NCBI GenBank assembly: GCA_030141605.1
Contig: JAQGDQ010000349.1
Coordinates: 187,997-250,736 of the forward strand
DNA length: 62,740 bases
DNA from: Tubiluchus corallicola
Lineage: Eukaryota > Animalia > Priapulida
Reading direction: 5' to 3'
Part shown: positions 39,978-52,695 of the stretch, piece by piece
How the letters are laid out: every line of letters starts with the position of its first letter
Numbering within the stretch: position 1 is the first letter of the stretch
Position numbers and translations under genes: made by a program
Notes under the pieces: model-generated
Databases searched by the model: none
What the model was told of the DNA's origin: nothing
The model's input: the letters and a program-made list of their open reading frames with translations, nothing else

Positions 39978-41957
39978 CTGCAAAGCGCATAAAACCACAA
40001 CCCTGGATTTAGCGTGTGCCTTTAATTATTTACAAACCGTTACAAGCCATTTGATGCACACAACAATAACAGTAATTTGCTTAAGAAGCCTTACCTCAAA
40101 GTAAGCTAGCAAAATTGGCTCTAACTAGGGGCGTAAAACCAATAGGCTAACTAGGCTGTAGCCTAAGAAGCCGCCAAATTTTGAGGTGGGCGGAGTGTAA
40201 AAAATTCTTATTCTCCTCGGAAGATACGGTATCCTTTCATATAGTGACACTGCAGACAAACAATACAATTACTGATAAAACAAATATTATTAAATCTTGT
40301 TGTTAGCTATTTAAATGAAGAGTTTAATGATTAGTATTTAAAATAAATTGTCATTCGGCGGTCTTCATTTTCAAAGATATGATCATTACATACTATATTG
40401 ATCGTTATGTCTTAAAATGCTTTTTCAGCCAACTGATAACAAACAACTGACATTGTTACATAAAAGGTACTACACCACAAACAGTTGCACAGCCTGCTTT
40501 AACATAAACACTGCGCAAATACACAAATTTATTAAAGGGGAAGAACAGGGAATTTCAAAGTATATCCCAATGAACTTTCCATGCAAACATTACTTAGCAT
40601 TACGTTAACTTGTCTGTAAGACTTATGTAATTGAAAAAGAAAATTCCTAGTAAATTAAAATGTTTGCGTCACCTGGTAAAACAGCACTGCATTGCCATCC
40701 TAGTGTATACCACTCCATCACCAAAAACAGATTACTAACAAGATAAAGTAATTTATGCTTTTGGTTAGTAGTGAAGAGCGCGCTACAAATGCTCTGATTA
40801 TTCTCTAAACTTCTTTCAATCGACTTATCGTCAATATGGTTGCGCCTAACGGTGACCGTGTGAGTTTAAATTTACAAGTTTTATAAAGCGTTGCTGCTAA
40901 CGCAAACACTGCGTATAATAAAGCAGCATATAAGCGATATAAAATTTCAAGGCAAATTTTTTAGATTTTATTTGTGAAGAGTGTTTTCTTGAAGAGTACT
41001 TTAACAGTAACCACATAGATACTAGGTAATAATGATACTAATACACAACAAGTAACTGTGTGTGAACGGGATGAGAACTATCATAACTGATATCACAAAA
41101 TCTACATTCTTTAGAACATCAATTCGAAAATATTAATACTTAAATAATTTTTAAATATTATTTTTTCTTAAAGTAGTCTTAGATACCAAAACTGTTCACA
41201 CAAACCTAAGGTTCAAGGTAAAACATTTATATCAAGATTAACTGGGTGATCTTATTTGCTTTTACAATAATCAGATAAGTCGGCTACAGATTCACACAGG
41301 ATAGAGTTGGCAACGACAGTTCAACATTATCATGCTTGGTCACCCAACCACTTACTGGGTATGCCCAATATTGTCTAACATGCACCGTTGTCAAACAACA
41401 GTTTTCTTCTCCCTAAAGCAAAGAAAGTGAAGTGGTCCCTGCGTTTTGAAATTATCCATTGGAAGCCTGAGAATAATATCCATACTAGAGCCATTTCAGT
41501 ACAATTGGCAACACTCATAGTTGTTACATGATTAGATAAACTCATATTTGATGTAGTGGGGTGTAAGTCTGGTCATAACGTTATATAAAGTCTTCCAGTG
41601 TAAACTATTAAACAGTTTCTCAAATTTTGCTGTAAGTTCTAGAGTGAATTACTTCAAGAAAGTTTGAGAAGTTGGTAAATTTGGTAAATTGGTAAATTTG
41701 CGCGGAGAAATGTGAATGTTCTATCTTGGGTTCACTGATGTAGAAAAGCGTCGTACGACATATAGCAGATGTCGTTGCAGTTACCTCCTGGGAAGCTAAC
41801 ATTGCATAACATTGCTTCGACGTGTTCTTTTGCACCTGTGGACTCATCTGCATTGTTATAAAATGAAAGACCTAGCGTTTATTTGCAAAACGCTGCACTA
41901 CGCAGTCATGCAGCCAAAAATCAATAAGTACTGAAATCAATTAATTCAATCACTTAC

Positions 41958-42759
41958 CATTTCTCTTAAGCAAAGCTGATATCCGATCCTCCCCTTTCTT
42001 ACCCTCTCCCGCCCACGGCAGCGGAGAGGGTGAGGGTGCCTTCTGCAGCATTTCTCGCGGATCCAACTCGTCAATAGGAGTAATCTTTTGCCTCAGCCTA
42101 AATGACGAGAAAGATTCCCGCTCTGTTTCTTCCTCGTTTATAGTTTTCACTTCTTCTTCTACATCGTCGTCACTTTCATGATCGCATTCTTTGCGGATCG
42201 CTTTAAAACGATTAAAACTGAAAACTTTTGTTCGTTTTAGCAGCGTTGAATCTGACTGATTCCTATATAAAATCTTACTCGGATGCTTTTTCGGTTTTTC
42301 CGGCGGCTTTAACGAGTGTGAACGAGCCTTATTGGCCACAGGCAAGCTCAGAAAATTAGCAATTTCTTTATCCACTTCCTCGTCGCAATCCATCCTTTTT
42401 TCGTTCGGTTTCTCCCCACCAGGGGGTGTCTTAATATCTGGGATGGATGATTTCGCGATTGGAGATATAGATCTTGATAACATCTCGGCTTTGGGACTAA
42501 CGCTGCTTGATCTGACTGGGCTGTGAGCAGGACTCACCTGCGCCTGCGCCGCTGCAACGTCTAGTTGCCATGGCGACCGCGCGTCAGGCGACTCGGTGTC
42601 AGAGTCGTGAGAATTTGACTGACTGGAGTAGCCCAGGCTGAATGTCTTAGCTATGAGGCGAACAAATTTGGGGCTACTTGACGGACTGTCACAAGAGATG
42701 CTGGTTTTTTGTTTTACCAGTTGAGCTCGCCGCTTTTTAGTCTCACTGTTTGTAGACAT
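41958..42759 (-). CDS. First coding exon of an uncharacterised protein (Ser/Pro/charged-rich, probably disordered N-terminus)
   Basis: Non-repetitive, GC-elevated 267-codon open frame from ATG 42759, ending at a consensus donor AATG|GTAAGT (41958/41957). A strong acceptor CTTTTTCTCTTTTAG|G at 42870/42869 lies 110 nt upstream of the ATG, so the exon is 42869-41958 and includes 5' UTR. Confidence 0.85.
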
Positions 42760-44245
42760 AATGATATAAGGTGTATTAGAAACGATAGGCCTACATTTTC
42801 ACAACACGAACTTCCAGAGTCCAGACATCATCAGCAGAACACAATCTTTGCTAAGTTGCACTCGTTTACCTAAAAGAGAAAAAGTGATTAAATTGAAAGA
42901 TTTCATGAACTGTAGAAGAATCTAGTGTTTCTAAAGGCAGTTATGATCATATGAAAAGCTAAAAATTCTAGATCCATTCAAACATAAAAAGTTAGATTAC
43001 ATTACAGATCTAACATTACGAAGATTATATTACTAAGCAAAGACTGTACTTTTTTAATTCCTCGTAGTATTAGAATTGATAATCGTCAACAAATAAACTT
43101 GTTTATCTGCTTCTTCGTGGCAATCAACACTTAAATATAACTGTTAATATTCAAGCATTTAAGCTTCTACAGAAATGTATATTTCTAACTAAGCGCTTAT
43201 AACCATTGTATTAGTTACATTGTTTACATAGTAATATTAATGTAATCTCAACATTATGCTATGTATGTATTTATACTGCTAGTAGTCGTACTGTAATGCT
43301 GCTACTGTTCGTTTATTGTCTGCACATTTCTAAGTGTTACGTTCCATTGGCAAGAAGGTCTGTCAGTTGTAAAACTGTCTATTCAAGCAATATTGTAATA
43401 TCTTTATTCAATAAAACTACCTTTAAACTAATATAAAAAAATATTTCCATTCGTTCTTTCCAACTAAAGCATGATTTCCTTCAATTCAACAAGAAAAGTC
43501 ACTATTGGCAAATTCAAACGGGTCCTTGCAGAGAGAAAGATGTATACTTCTCCAGTCAGGACATCAACTTCATACAGGCACATCTTTACAGACTACTGGC
43601 CTAGTTTCTTTTTTAATTATGCGTCTATAGAAAGGCCTATATCTCTTACGAGATGGTTTTCGCAAGGTATTAATGCCAGGGTCCGGAGTTATCAGCTTAC
43701 CAGAAACTTGCTTTAAGTACAGAACGTCTTGTTATTCTTTCTTTCAAAATGTTTCCGTTAGAGTGTCCATTTTATCTCACCTTCCCCTATCTGGAAAGCG
43801 ATTAATCAAAATAATGAAATTTAGCGGATTAATTATGTTGAAATACACTGGAACTGCTTCACTTATACGAAACTTCAACAAAAAACAGTTCCTTTAACTT
43901 TGATAATAAATACCTTTGATAATCTTTGATTGTCAAATAATATTATAATTGCGAGGTATGAGTAGCTGAATAACGATCACAAACGACCTTGACGACTGCT
44001 TTGAAGGTCATTATTGTTTAAACAGGGTAATATTTTTCCATTGTAGTGTGACAAAGCCTGTCTGCCACTGAATAAAACTCAATAAAATTAAAATGTTGTG
44101 TGATAGAAGCGTTTGCGTAAAATTCATCACAGAGTGTAACTTGAGTATTATGTTTAACAACGAAGCGTTTAGTATCAAAATGTCACTACTAAACCACGCA
44201 CAGCAAGTCGAGAATGAGACAATACCGTGACTAATGCGTTCGCCA

Positions 44246-44835
44246 CACGGGCAGATTAACCATTAGGCTAATGAGGCTATACCCAAGGCCCTAAATTTTG
44301 ATAGGTCCTCGATGTGCTGAGACCGATGACCAGTTAAAGTGAGATACTGTTAATTAGTAAACAGGATAACAAATTTATAAAAACTGAATTTATTGCTAAA
44401 GACAAATACGTTAAATTCAGCAGTTTAACACATTGAATATATACACGGGTGTCCAAAAATAATGTTTCCCAAATTAACTTGTAATCCTTCATCCTGGCAG
44501 AGGCATTTGTAAAAGAGAAGCACATTGTTTTGTAGCACGGTTTACCCTCTTTTCAAAGAGCTATAAATTGTCTTCCCTAGGATACCGCTAGGACGTTTTT
44601 TTCCACATGATGTTTCTCAAATGAGCAAAAGATGACTATTTTTGGAGATTTTTCGCCCGCCGATGTAGAAAGAACGTTTTACTGACACTTGGTTGAGGTC
44701 CTGAAGAGAATTTATAACAGTTTAGAAAGAGGAGGAACCGGGATACACGAAGATTTGTGTCTCTTTTACAGCATGGACTTGAGGCCCTTCGTTTGCCGAT
44801 AGGCTTAGGCCCGTGAAATCCTTAATCCAACTCTA
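44246..44835. mobile_element. Degraded MITE with CAGGGCCGGATTAA-like termini
   Basis: Left end CACGGGCAGATTAACC..TAGGCTAA and right end ..TAGGCCC..CTTAATCCAACTCT are weak TIRs. A related left-end fragment (TAGGCTAA..AGGCT.TA..C.AA...AAATTTTGA) lies at about 40128-40190. Confidence 0.4.
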
Positions 44836-46499
44836 TTACGCCTTTATTATCTAGAAGTAGGACAACCTCGATAAATCTACATGCAGCCAAGCTCACCTGT
44901 GAATTCCACTTTGACTTTCTAAGCAAATTTTGCCAAATTTTGTTACTTTAGTTGCTGAGAATAAACCGAAACTAAGATGTTCCTCAATCGATAACAGGAT
45001 AATAAGATCTTGGTTTTGCACGTAATTCAAAGGCTGTGAACACGCTCCAGTATAGAAGCCAACTACGTCGGATTGCGTTTTTTATAAATATTTTTAAAAT
45101 TATTATTTTTTTATATATAATGTGGCCTTTGATTAACAGCAAAGCTGATGTAAAGACCTCAGGCAAGATACAAAATAAATTTTACAAGATTCTGCTTGAA
45201 ACAATGTAAGAAAATGTCTGTTTCCTTACTTAAATCTACCAATATTCTTGATATTTTTGAGTTACTTTGAAAAGTGTATTATCTTGGTCATAGTTCAACA
45301 AAGAACTGCCGTTTGAAAGAAGAAAAATGAAATACTCAGTGTCTAAATTCAACACATTATGTTATTTTGGCACGGGGAAACCTGTGTACAATTTGCTTTC
45401 TACTTGCGTAATTAAGAGGGCATACGAGTATGAAATATACGACGGATTGTGGATGGATTGGATTGGATGATATGGATTGCGTTTCACCTTGAAAGGGTCA
45501 CTATGTATTATCAGCTCAAAGTGAAGCAACTTCTTACAAAAACCCTATGAGACCTTAAACTCATTACCAGAAATGGAAAGTTTTTCATTTTCAATGGACA
45601 TTTCTTGAAGTGGCCATTGCTCTAACAGACTAACTCTCTTAGTTCAGACTCCCTAGAATTAACACCTCTGAGCTTACACGTGAAGATCGGCCAAGCTCAG
45701 CGTCAATCGAATTGGTTACTGACCAAGCCACTATACCGCAGTCGTAGATGTCAAACTTGAACAGCCAGAGGTGAATTTAAGAAATTATTAGGCAAGTTTT
45801 TAAACACATTTGATTTTTAAGTCTGAAGAAGTCTTCAAAACAGTTTATTTATCATTCTGTTTATGAAAGAACATTCTAGTTAATTTATGAGTGTTCGGCA
45901 ATACAAATTATAGTTGGGATGGCATGTTAAAGACTAGAGGATTTCACCCTAAACTGCAAGTGCACGTTGCGTTATCTACTGGCAAAAAATCAAACATTGC
46001 ATTTATGTAAAGGGGTTTAAGCATATAACGTTCTGCTGATTTATCAACTTGACGAAGCTTTGGCACTATGGCAGTTTTGACAGCAAATTCAATACGTGTT
46101 TTAGTATATCTTACACCTACAGGATCTCGGGCTTTCTGAAATTTCAGAACAAAACGAAAAATTAATGTGGAATTTTTACAGGCTCTGGAAATATCGACAA
46201 ATATTTTTCAACAGACTAAAATCTCTGGGGATCCAGGTTTTGAAGAAAACGTCCCCTGTGTCATTTTCCATTTAGATGTTGAAAGTTTCCATGAAATCTT
46301 TCATTAAAGTGTGAGAAATATTGTGTTAAATCTGAATAGAACTTTTTACCAATACGGAAGTTGTTAACAGGCGAATGTGAAAATGTGCAAAAATTCATGA
46401 GTGAGAGCCCTCACAATATTATATTAAAATTGTACAATGCAGTACGCGCTTCATTTTAACGTGATTGATGACAAACAGATCTGAGAATTATTCTTAAAG

Positions 46500-47275
46500 A
46501 GGGAAAATTGTGCGGCAACTTATAAATTCGAACCTTCGAAAAAAACAAAATTCAACTAGAAAACTATTTACTTTTTAGTTATTCCAAATATGCTATAATA
46601 AAATTTACAAAACTGAGAATCAGCTCTCATACTTTGTGTATTGAAAGAGGGAGGTACGTTAGACCTAGAAAAATCCCGGCTGAGAATCGTATATGCACAT
46701 ATTCTTTAAGAAATGAAATCGAAAACGAATTACACTTTGTTATAAAATGCCAAAGTTACAATGATCCTAGAGGAAAATTACATAATCACATCAATGTAAT
46801 TATACCAAAATTTTCCCTTATGAGCGATGCTGATAAGTTTTTCTTCTTGATGAGAAGTAATGGTTTAGAAGTAATTAAGGCATTTATTGATTATGTTGAA
46901 CAAGCGTTTTTTATGACATGATGAAATATCAGTATACTATGCAATGATCACATCACTGAAAATGAGGCCAGATGAGTGACAATCTATTTTAAATACTAAT
47001 CATTAAACCGTTCATTTAAATAAAAAGAATAACTAACAGGAGCTATTTTATAATATTCGCTTTATCAGTAATTGTTTTGTTCATCTGTAGTGTCACTATA
47101 TTTCAAAATTGAAATTGTACGTATGTTTTATGTTTGTTATTGTATGTTATTGTATGTATTGCATGTATGTTATTTTATGTATTGTATGTATCTTATTCTA
47201 CGTATGTATGTTTTGTTTTTTCTTTTACTGTATGTTTCTTGGCACTAATAAATATGAATATGAAATGTGAATATC
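46500..47275 (+). mobile_element. Decayed non-LTR retrotransposon 3' end with C-terminal Cys/His motif (same type as 23007-23760)
   Basis: Frame reads KLRISSHTLCIERGRYVRPRKIPAENRICT...IENELHFVIKCQSYNDPR. AATAAA and a (TATGAA)-like tail follow near 47247-47275. Confidence 0.82.
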
Positions 47276-47948
47276 AAATGATTATTCTAGAGTTTACTCA
47301 AGAAAGGAAGCCAATGCAGCCAATGCTAATATAGTCTAGCAGCCCTGGACTAAACAGCGTTAAAACTGCAAATACAGTTTATGTGAAGTTCATATTTTTA
47401 TCAAAGCTATATTTATCAAAAACTACGTTCGACAGAAATTCTAGCCAGAAATACCTTTGGCGCAGTGGGACGCTTCGTATTAAACATAAAGAGGATCTAT
47501 TACACAACTTCCACAGCTATATAATTTGACGCTTTTATTGGCTTGATCCGGAATGACGAAGGACATTATAAGTCGCCAAAATGCCCTAAAAATATTAAAA
47601 ATTGCAATAAAAATCCAGTTTAACGTGCTATATTTCTTTATGAGGTAGCCAAGCAAGGGGTCACACAAACAAATACCTTGAGGATATTGTCCAAAGATAT
47701 TACCCAATTTTACATTGAAAATGTCTGACAAGGCAAAGTAATTACTTTGCCCATTTCTTCTTCCTGATCATATTTGTCAGGTTTCCAAAGGACTAGAAAA
47801 AGAAGAAACCCAACGATGGAGTAAAGAGGGCAACTGCTGACGCAATACAAAAATATTTGATCCACATTTCATTAGACACAAAAACACAAAAACTTGAAGT
47901 GAGAGACAGCGTGGAGTAAAATTACAGCACAAACGAATAACTCAAGAA

Positions 47949-47973
47949 ATGATGATGACGATGATGATGATGG

Positions 47974-48026
<53 letters not shown>

Positions 48027-48120
48027 GTGATGATAATGATAATGATGGTGACGACGACGATAACGACGACGACAACGATAATGATGATGATGATGACGAC
48101 GATAAAGACGTATTGATGAT
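47949..48120. repeat. (GAT)n/(GAC)n microsatellite
   Basis: Direct inspection. Confidence 0.97.
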
Positions 48121-48793
48121 AACAATGATTTAGACAAATGTTACTAATAACTGTAGTATGGGTAGCATGCAGCATTTCAGAACAAGCTAATTGCTCGGCC
48201 ATTATTTTCAATTTCCCTGTAATTAGATGTTTCAATTAATTATGACTTTAATAGCATCTCATTGATTTTGAGACTTTTTCTCTCCAAAATATCAATATTT
48301 TAGGAGCTGCAGAAAATTGCTAATAACGCCGTAGCATGAGATTAGGCTGCGAGTTTGGAAAAGCTGTAGAAAAGTTACTGAAAAAAAATGACGGACTGAC
48401 AACATCATATAGGGAGTATACAATAATAATCATACGGTATATGCTCTTAATAAGGGTATCTGGTCACGCCCTCACAGCTACACTAGTAAAACAGAGGGAG
48501 AGACAGGAGAAAATAAAAATGTTTAAGAAAAAAAAACTATAACAGTTCGTCAGTTTCACAAAAATATAAGAACAGATTATTATAGGGGCAAGAGAAGTAC
48601 ATTAAGTAAATTAATGTGTTATAGTGAGAGAAGCAAGGGAGAAACAAACAGAGAGTACACGAGAGTGAAAGAACGCGTGAGAAAAGAAAAACGGAGGGAG
48701 GGCAGAAAGAAAAAGAAAGACACTGGCAGAAAGGGGAAAGGAGGAGCGAGAGAGGGAAAGAGAGAAAGATAGCACGTGAGGCAGAAAGAAAGA

Positions 48794-49106
<313 letters not shown>

Positions 49107-50649
49107 AAAGTGAGAGTGAGGGATAGGCGACAGAAGAGCAGATACATGTATGACTAGGATGGCAGCAATGATAATGGAAACAATTACGGTAATGATAGTA
49201 GCGATGAAAATATTGATGCTGATGATGATGATAATGACGACTATGATTATGATTATGATGATGATGTTGAGGAAGATGACGATAATGTTGATAAGGATAA
49301 AGATGATCCTTGTGGTGATTATGATAATATAAACAATCTAGCAAGTTAGAAGAGGCAAAATCATTAAGAAAGAGACCTGGGAAGCAGATGGCATTTTGTA
49401 GCTGGTTTTCACTACAACTGAGATTTGTTAGCTGAGTATAATATTCTCCTGGGAAGACAACATAATAAACTGCAACCTAATTACGACGGTTGGTATTACA
49501 GCTGCAGAAGTTCAAGGTAATGTGTCACAAGTGGTTTCCATCGCGTGCCCAGTTCAGAAGCTTCATGGAGAGCACTACATTATACTTGGTGTGGAACTAA
49601 CGCATGTTCCCAACATGCTTTGCTACCTGAAGCAAGTTATCAAAATCAGCAAAACAGAAAATGACAAGACTTGGTGAGGTGAAATTAATAGCTAAGTGCC
49701 CAGAGTATGTGCTTAGCAAGTTAAACAACTTTGGATCTGGTTGGTAAATGGATAGTTGACTATCGAGAAAATTACTTCTAAGCAGCTCCACTGCCGTTGC
49801 ATTACCGCCTCGTTCAACTCGTCTATTCGCGTCGCTAAGGAGCGACGTATATAAACCTGCATGTGGCTAAAGAGTAAATAAATGCAAACTAACAGACGTT
49901 GCCAACTTAGAATTGCAGATAATTTTAAAGAATCCTATCGGCACTACTAGTCTGCTGTTTGATAAAAAGGATAAAAAGAGGTTGCAATCTTTTAGGTATG
50001 GTTATTAATAGGTCGGTGTTGTGGTGGAGCTCTTAACAAGTATGTTTGCAGCGTTGGTTACTCATGAGTGCTTGCTCTAAAACTCAGATAGTGTGTAACA
50101 TGTTTACGTTATTGACATTTGGCATTCCACGGTGTTTGCAAATGCGATGCAATGTTTGACTTTCCAATACTTTTCATTGATTGCGTCAAATATGTTTCAC
50201 AAATTCTTCTTTGGTTTTAAAATCGGAAATCTGAAAGTGGTTTTGTGCAGGCTTATAAGATTATAGTTATACCTTGAGTGTAATGTCAAGTGTCCTTAAA
50301 CAAGTACCTTCATCTTGTAGGTTAATATCTGAAAACCAGAATTTTTATCTTAAAGTCAGAAATGAATTTGGGCGGAAATAAAGGCAGAAGCTACAAAAGG
50401 TCAAGGTCAATAAGCCGTTCTATGATCGTGAAAAGTCAAAGGTTAAGTGTACACTTGTAATAGTATCAGTTTTAACAGCTAGCTAGAACCTTACCTAGTT
50501 CATTTTTTCTTGTTCGTAAACAAGATGCTGCTAGTAAATCACTCTACGCACAGACTAATGCATAATTAAGTAAAGTCTACGTAAAAAAATTAAAGTTATT
50601 GAACTAATGCGGCAGCGGTCTTTGCTTTACCCACATGTCAAGTGACAGT

Positions 50650-50780
50650 TGTAGTTAAAACGCGTTGCTGTGGTACACTTAACCTTTGACCTACAGCAAC
50701 TGCGCGTGCGCACAACGAAACTGTCAAAAGGCTTATTAGGCCTAAATGTGACATGAGCTACGCTTCCTGTGGAATGATCA
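50650..50780. promoter_or_regulatory. Candidate (possibly bidirectional) promoter with NRF-1 and ETS-like motifs
   Basis: TGCGCGTGCGCA (50701-50712) matches the NRF-1 consensus YGCGCAYGCGCR on the minus strand, and CGCTTCCTG (50761-50769) is ETS-like. Outward-facing donors lie at 50495/50494 (minus, TAG|GTAAGG) and 50965/50966 (plus, CAG|GTAAGT). Confidence 0.45.
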
Positions 50781-50965
50781 TCTCTCACGATTGATTGTCC
50801 GTTACCTGGCTTTTAGTTTTCTAGTGTTTTTCGAAGCAGGCATTGTATTTTAGAAAGCCTTTCATTACTGGAAAATTACATTGTTCTTAGAAGCTGTTTG
50901 TCTTTTGCTGGTGTTTGGAACGAGCCTGAAGGAAGCCTAGAGACCGGAATGTCCTTCTAAACCAG
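50780..50965 (+). other. Putative non-coding 5' exon of the 52309-52695 gene
   Basis: Perfect donor CAG|GTAAGT at 50965/50966. An in-frame TGA upstream and no in-frame ATG make it non-coding. The start position is approximate. Confidence 0.5.
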
Positions 50966-51324
50966 GTAAGTTAAAACTTAGAAGTCATTTTTGTTTTGTT
51001 CTATTAATAAAGTTATGAACTAATGGTATACATAATTACATTAAATTTCATCAGAAAGAAGCTTGTTAAAATACGCTTAAATTGAGAAAAGAATTTTCTA
51101 TGTCCTTAATAGTAATTTATAATCATTTGCATCATTCCTTAAGTAAACTAAACTACACTAGTACTTCCACAAACAATTCCATTTTTTGCACTAGTACAAT
51201 AGCTTACCATCAGAGTCCGGCTTCACACACTACGTAGATCGAAAAAAGGAAAAAATCATAATCATAAAATCATAATCATGAACAATGGTTTCGTTATTTC
51301 AAACACAGTTGTCTTAAAATACTC

Positions 51325-52197
51325 ATAATAGCAATTATTCTTTGTCATAATACGGATGCATGTTCAATTATCAGTGAAAGACTCACATTACAAAAAAGTT
51401 TTCGTTGCACGTGAAAAAAGTTTCATGAAACAAAGAACGTTTCAGTAACTTAAATTATCTGGCAATAATGGTACTCTGATAGTAATTGTTTATGTGTCAA
51501 AAGCAGAAACAAAAAACGCACCCCAGCGTATCGTACATGATCTGGTTTTCAAATCTTCTGAAAAAAACGATTTTTAAACAACAGATTTGTTTAAAGGAGA
51601 AGAAGGTTTGTCCTACGATGTTCCCTGATGGAGTATAACGATAGATAGGGTACGGTATCCAATTATGAAGCCTCGACACACGAGGACGGGTGGTTAGCCT
51701 ATCATTCGACCACCTTTCTTCCCCGAGTATATGACCAAGTACTCAATCAAAACTGAGTAGGCCTAGTAAGGTGGACAAAAAGTTCTGTTCAGTTAGCAAA
51801 TGGCTCGAAAAAACCGACGGTTCGAACTCGTGTTTGCCAAGTCGTACTATCACCCAGGTATCATGCTGACCTAAAAGTTAGAAACGTTAGAAAAGTTAGA
51901 AGCTCCTAAATAATATACAGGGTCATAACATTCATTCATCCTTGTAGCGGCACTGTAAAAGACACATATCATCGTGAAGCCTGGTTTCTCCTTTTTCTAA
52001 AGAGTTATGAATTTTCTCCAATTCTCACACCAAACGCCGTTCGGACGTTTTTTACGTTGTTTCTACACTACAGTGTGAGTCTTGGAGGTAAATTTACAGG
52101 CCTATGAAATGAACAGGAACTTTCCGGACGTCTCTGTTTATCGTATTTCTAGACTTGAGTTTATTATTGAGAACTTCAAAGACATTTGCGAATACCA
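51325..52197 (+). repeat. Left arm of an 873-bp inverted duplication (partner 60125-60997)
   Basis: Ungapped reverse-complement match; coordinate sums are 112322 at both ends, with about 4 mismatches seen by eye. The identical 60-aa ORF appears at 51497-51679(-) and 60643-60825(+). Confidence 0.97.
51640..51850 (-). mobile_element. tRNA-derived SINE remnant with Deu/Nin-like core (second copy inside 60125-60997)
   Basis: Minus strand: B-box GAGTTCGAACC, then CCTACTCAG...TGAGTACTTGG...GGGGAAGAAAGGTGGTCG...GGCTAACCACCC, resembling Deu/Nin-domain SINE cores. Confidence 0.45.
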
Positions 52198-52308
52198 CTA
52201 AGCTGCCACTAATCTTATAACCGACCAATTCAACACTAAATCAAAAATTAATAGATTTTTACAAGTAAACAAGCTAAGAAAGATTAAATTTACTTTTATA
52301 CGTTCTAG

Positions 52309-52695
52309 ATGCAACTGTCTGTAAAGTGCGTCTTTGTCTCAGCCGTTTCTATCATATTTGGTTTACTGACAACTTGTGAAGCATGCCTGGGAAGGCTCGC
52401 AGGAAAGTCACAAGTCGAAATTTTAACTCAGCGAACCATAGGAAAGTGTACAATTCAGACGTTTGCGGGGGAACATGCCATGGAAGTGTGCGATGTTTGC
52501 TCGCGTGGTTTCAATTGGGATCGTGGTGAGAAATATAAGAAATGCTGCACTGATGACAAAGAGCGCGAAAAGTGTACTGACGTATATAATTCCGTTATGC
52601 GATATGAAAGTAGCACTGACGTTAGTGCATCAAAGTCTAATTTATTGCTTCTACTAGGCTTATTGGTGTACATCACTTCAAAGTACCTTACTTGA
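52309..52695 (+). CDS. 128-aa signal-peptide, cysteine-rich, probably GPI-anchored protein
   Basis: Acceptor TTTACTTTTATACGTTCTAG lies immediately before the ATG. The N-terminus is hydrophobic and ends C-E-A (likely cleavage after A25). Core C47-x13-C61-x2-C64-x14-C79C80-x8-C89, then a small-residue spacer (ESSTDVSAS) and a hydrophobic C-terminal tail (LLLLLGLLVYIT) with no cytoplasmic domain. AATAAA at 52784-52789. Confidence 0.85.
   Translation: MQLSVKCVFVSAVSIIFGLLTTCEACLGRLAGKSQVEILTQRTIGKCTIQTFAGEHAMEVCDVCSRGFNWDRGEKYKKCCTDDKEREKCTDVYNSVMRYESSTDVSASKSNLLLLLGLLVYITSKYLT

Noticed and set aside
43471-43716. ORF containing RPISLT, reminiscent of the LINE RT YRPISL motif
   Set aside because: A single short motif without neighbouring RT motifs; too weak to call.
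46280-46416. AAGTTTCCATGAAATC and a GCCCTCACA motif also seen at 2599 and 48468, perhaps a shared element terminus
   Set aside because: Only 9-bp exact identity among the sites, and element boundaries could not be defined.
51497-51679. Identical 60-aa ORF present twice (also 60643-60825), suggesting a duplicated gene
   Set aside because: It has a non-ATG start, overlaps a SINE-like remnant, and its identity simply reflects the recent inverted duplication.
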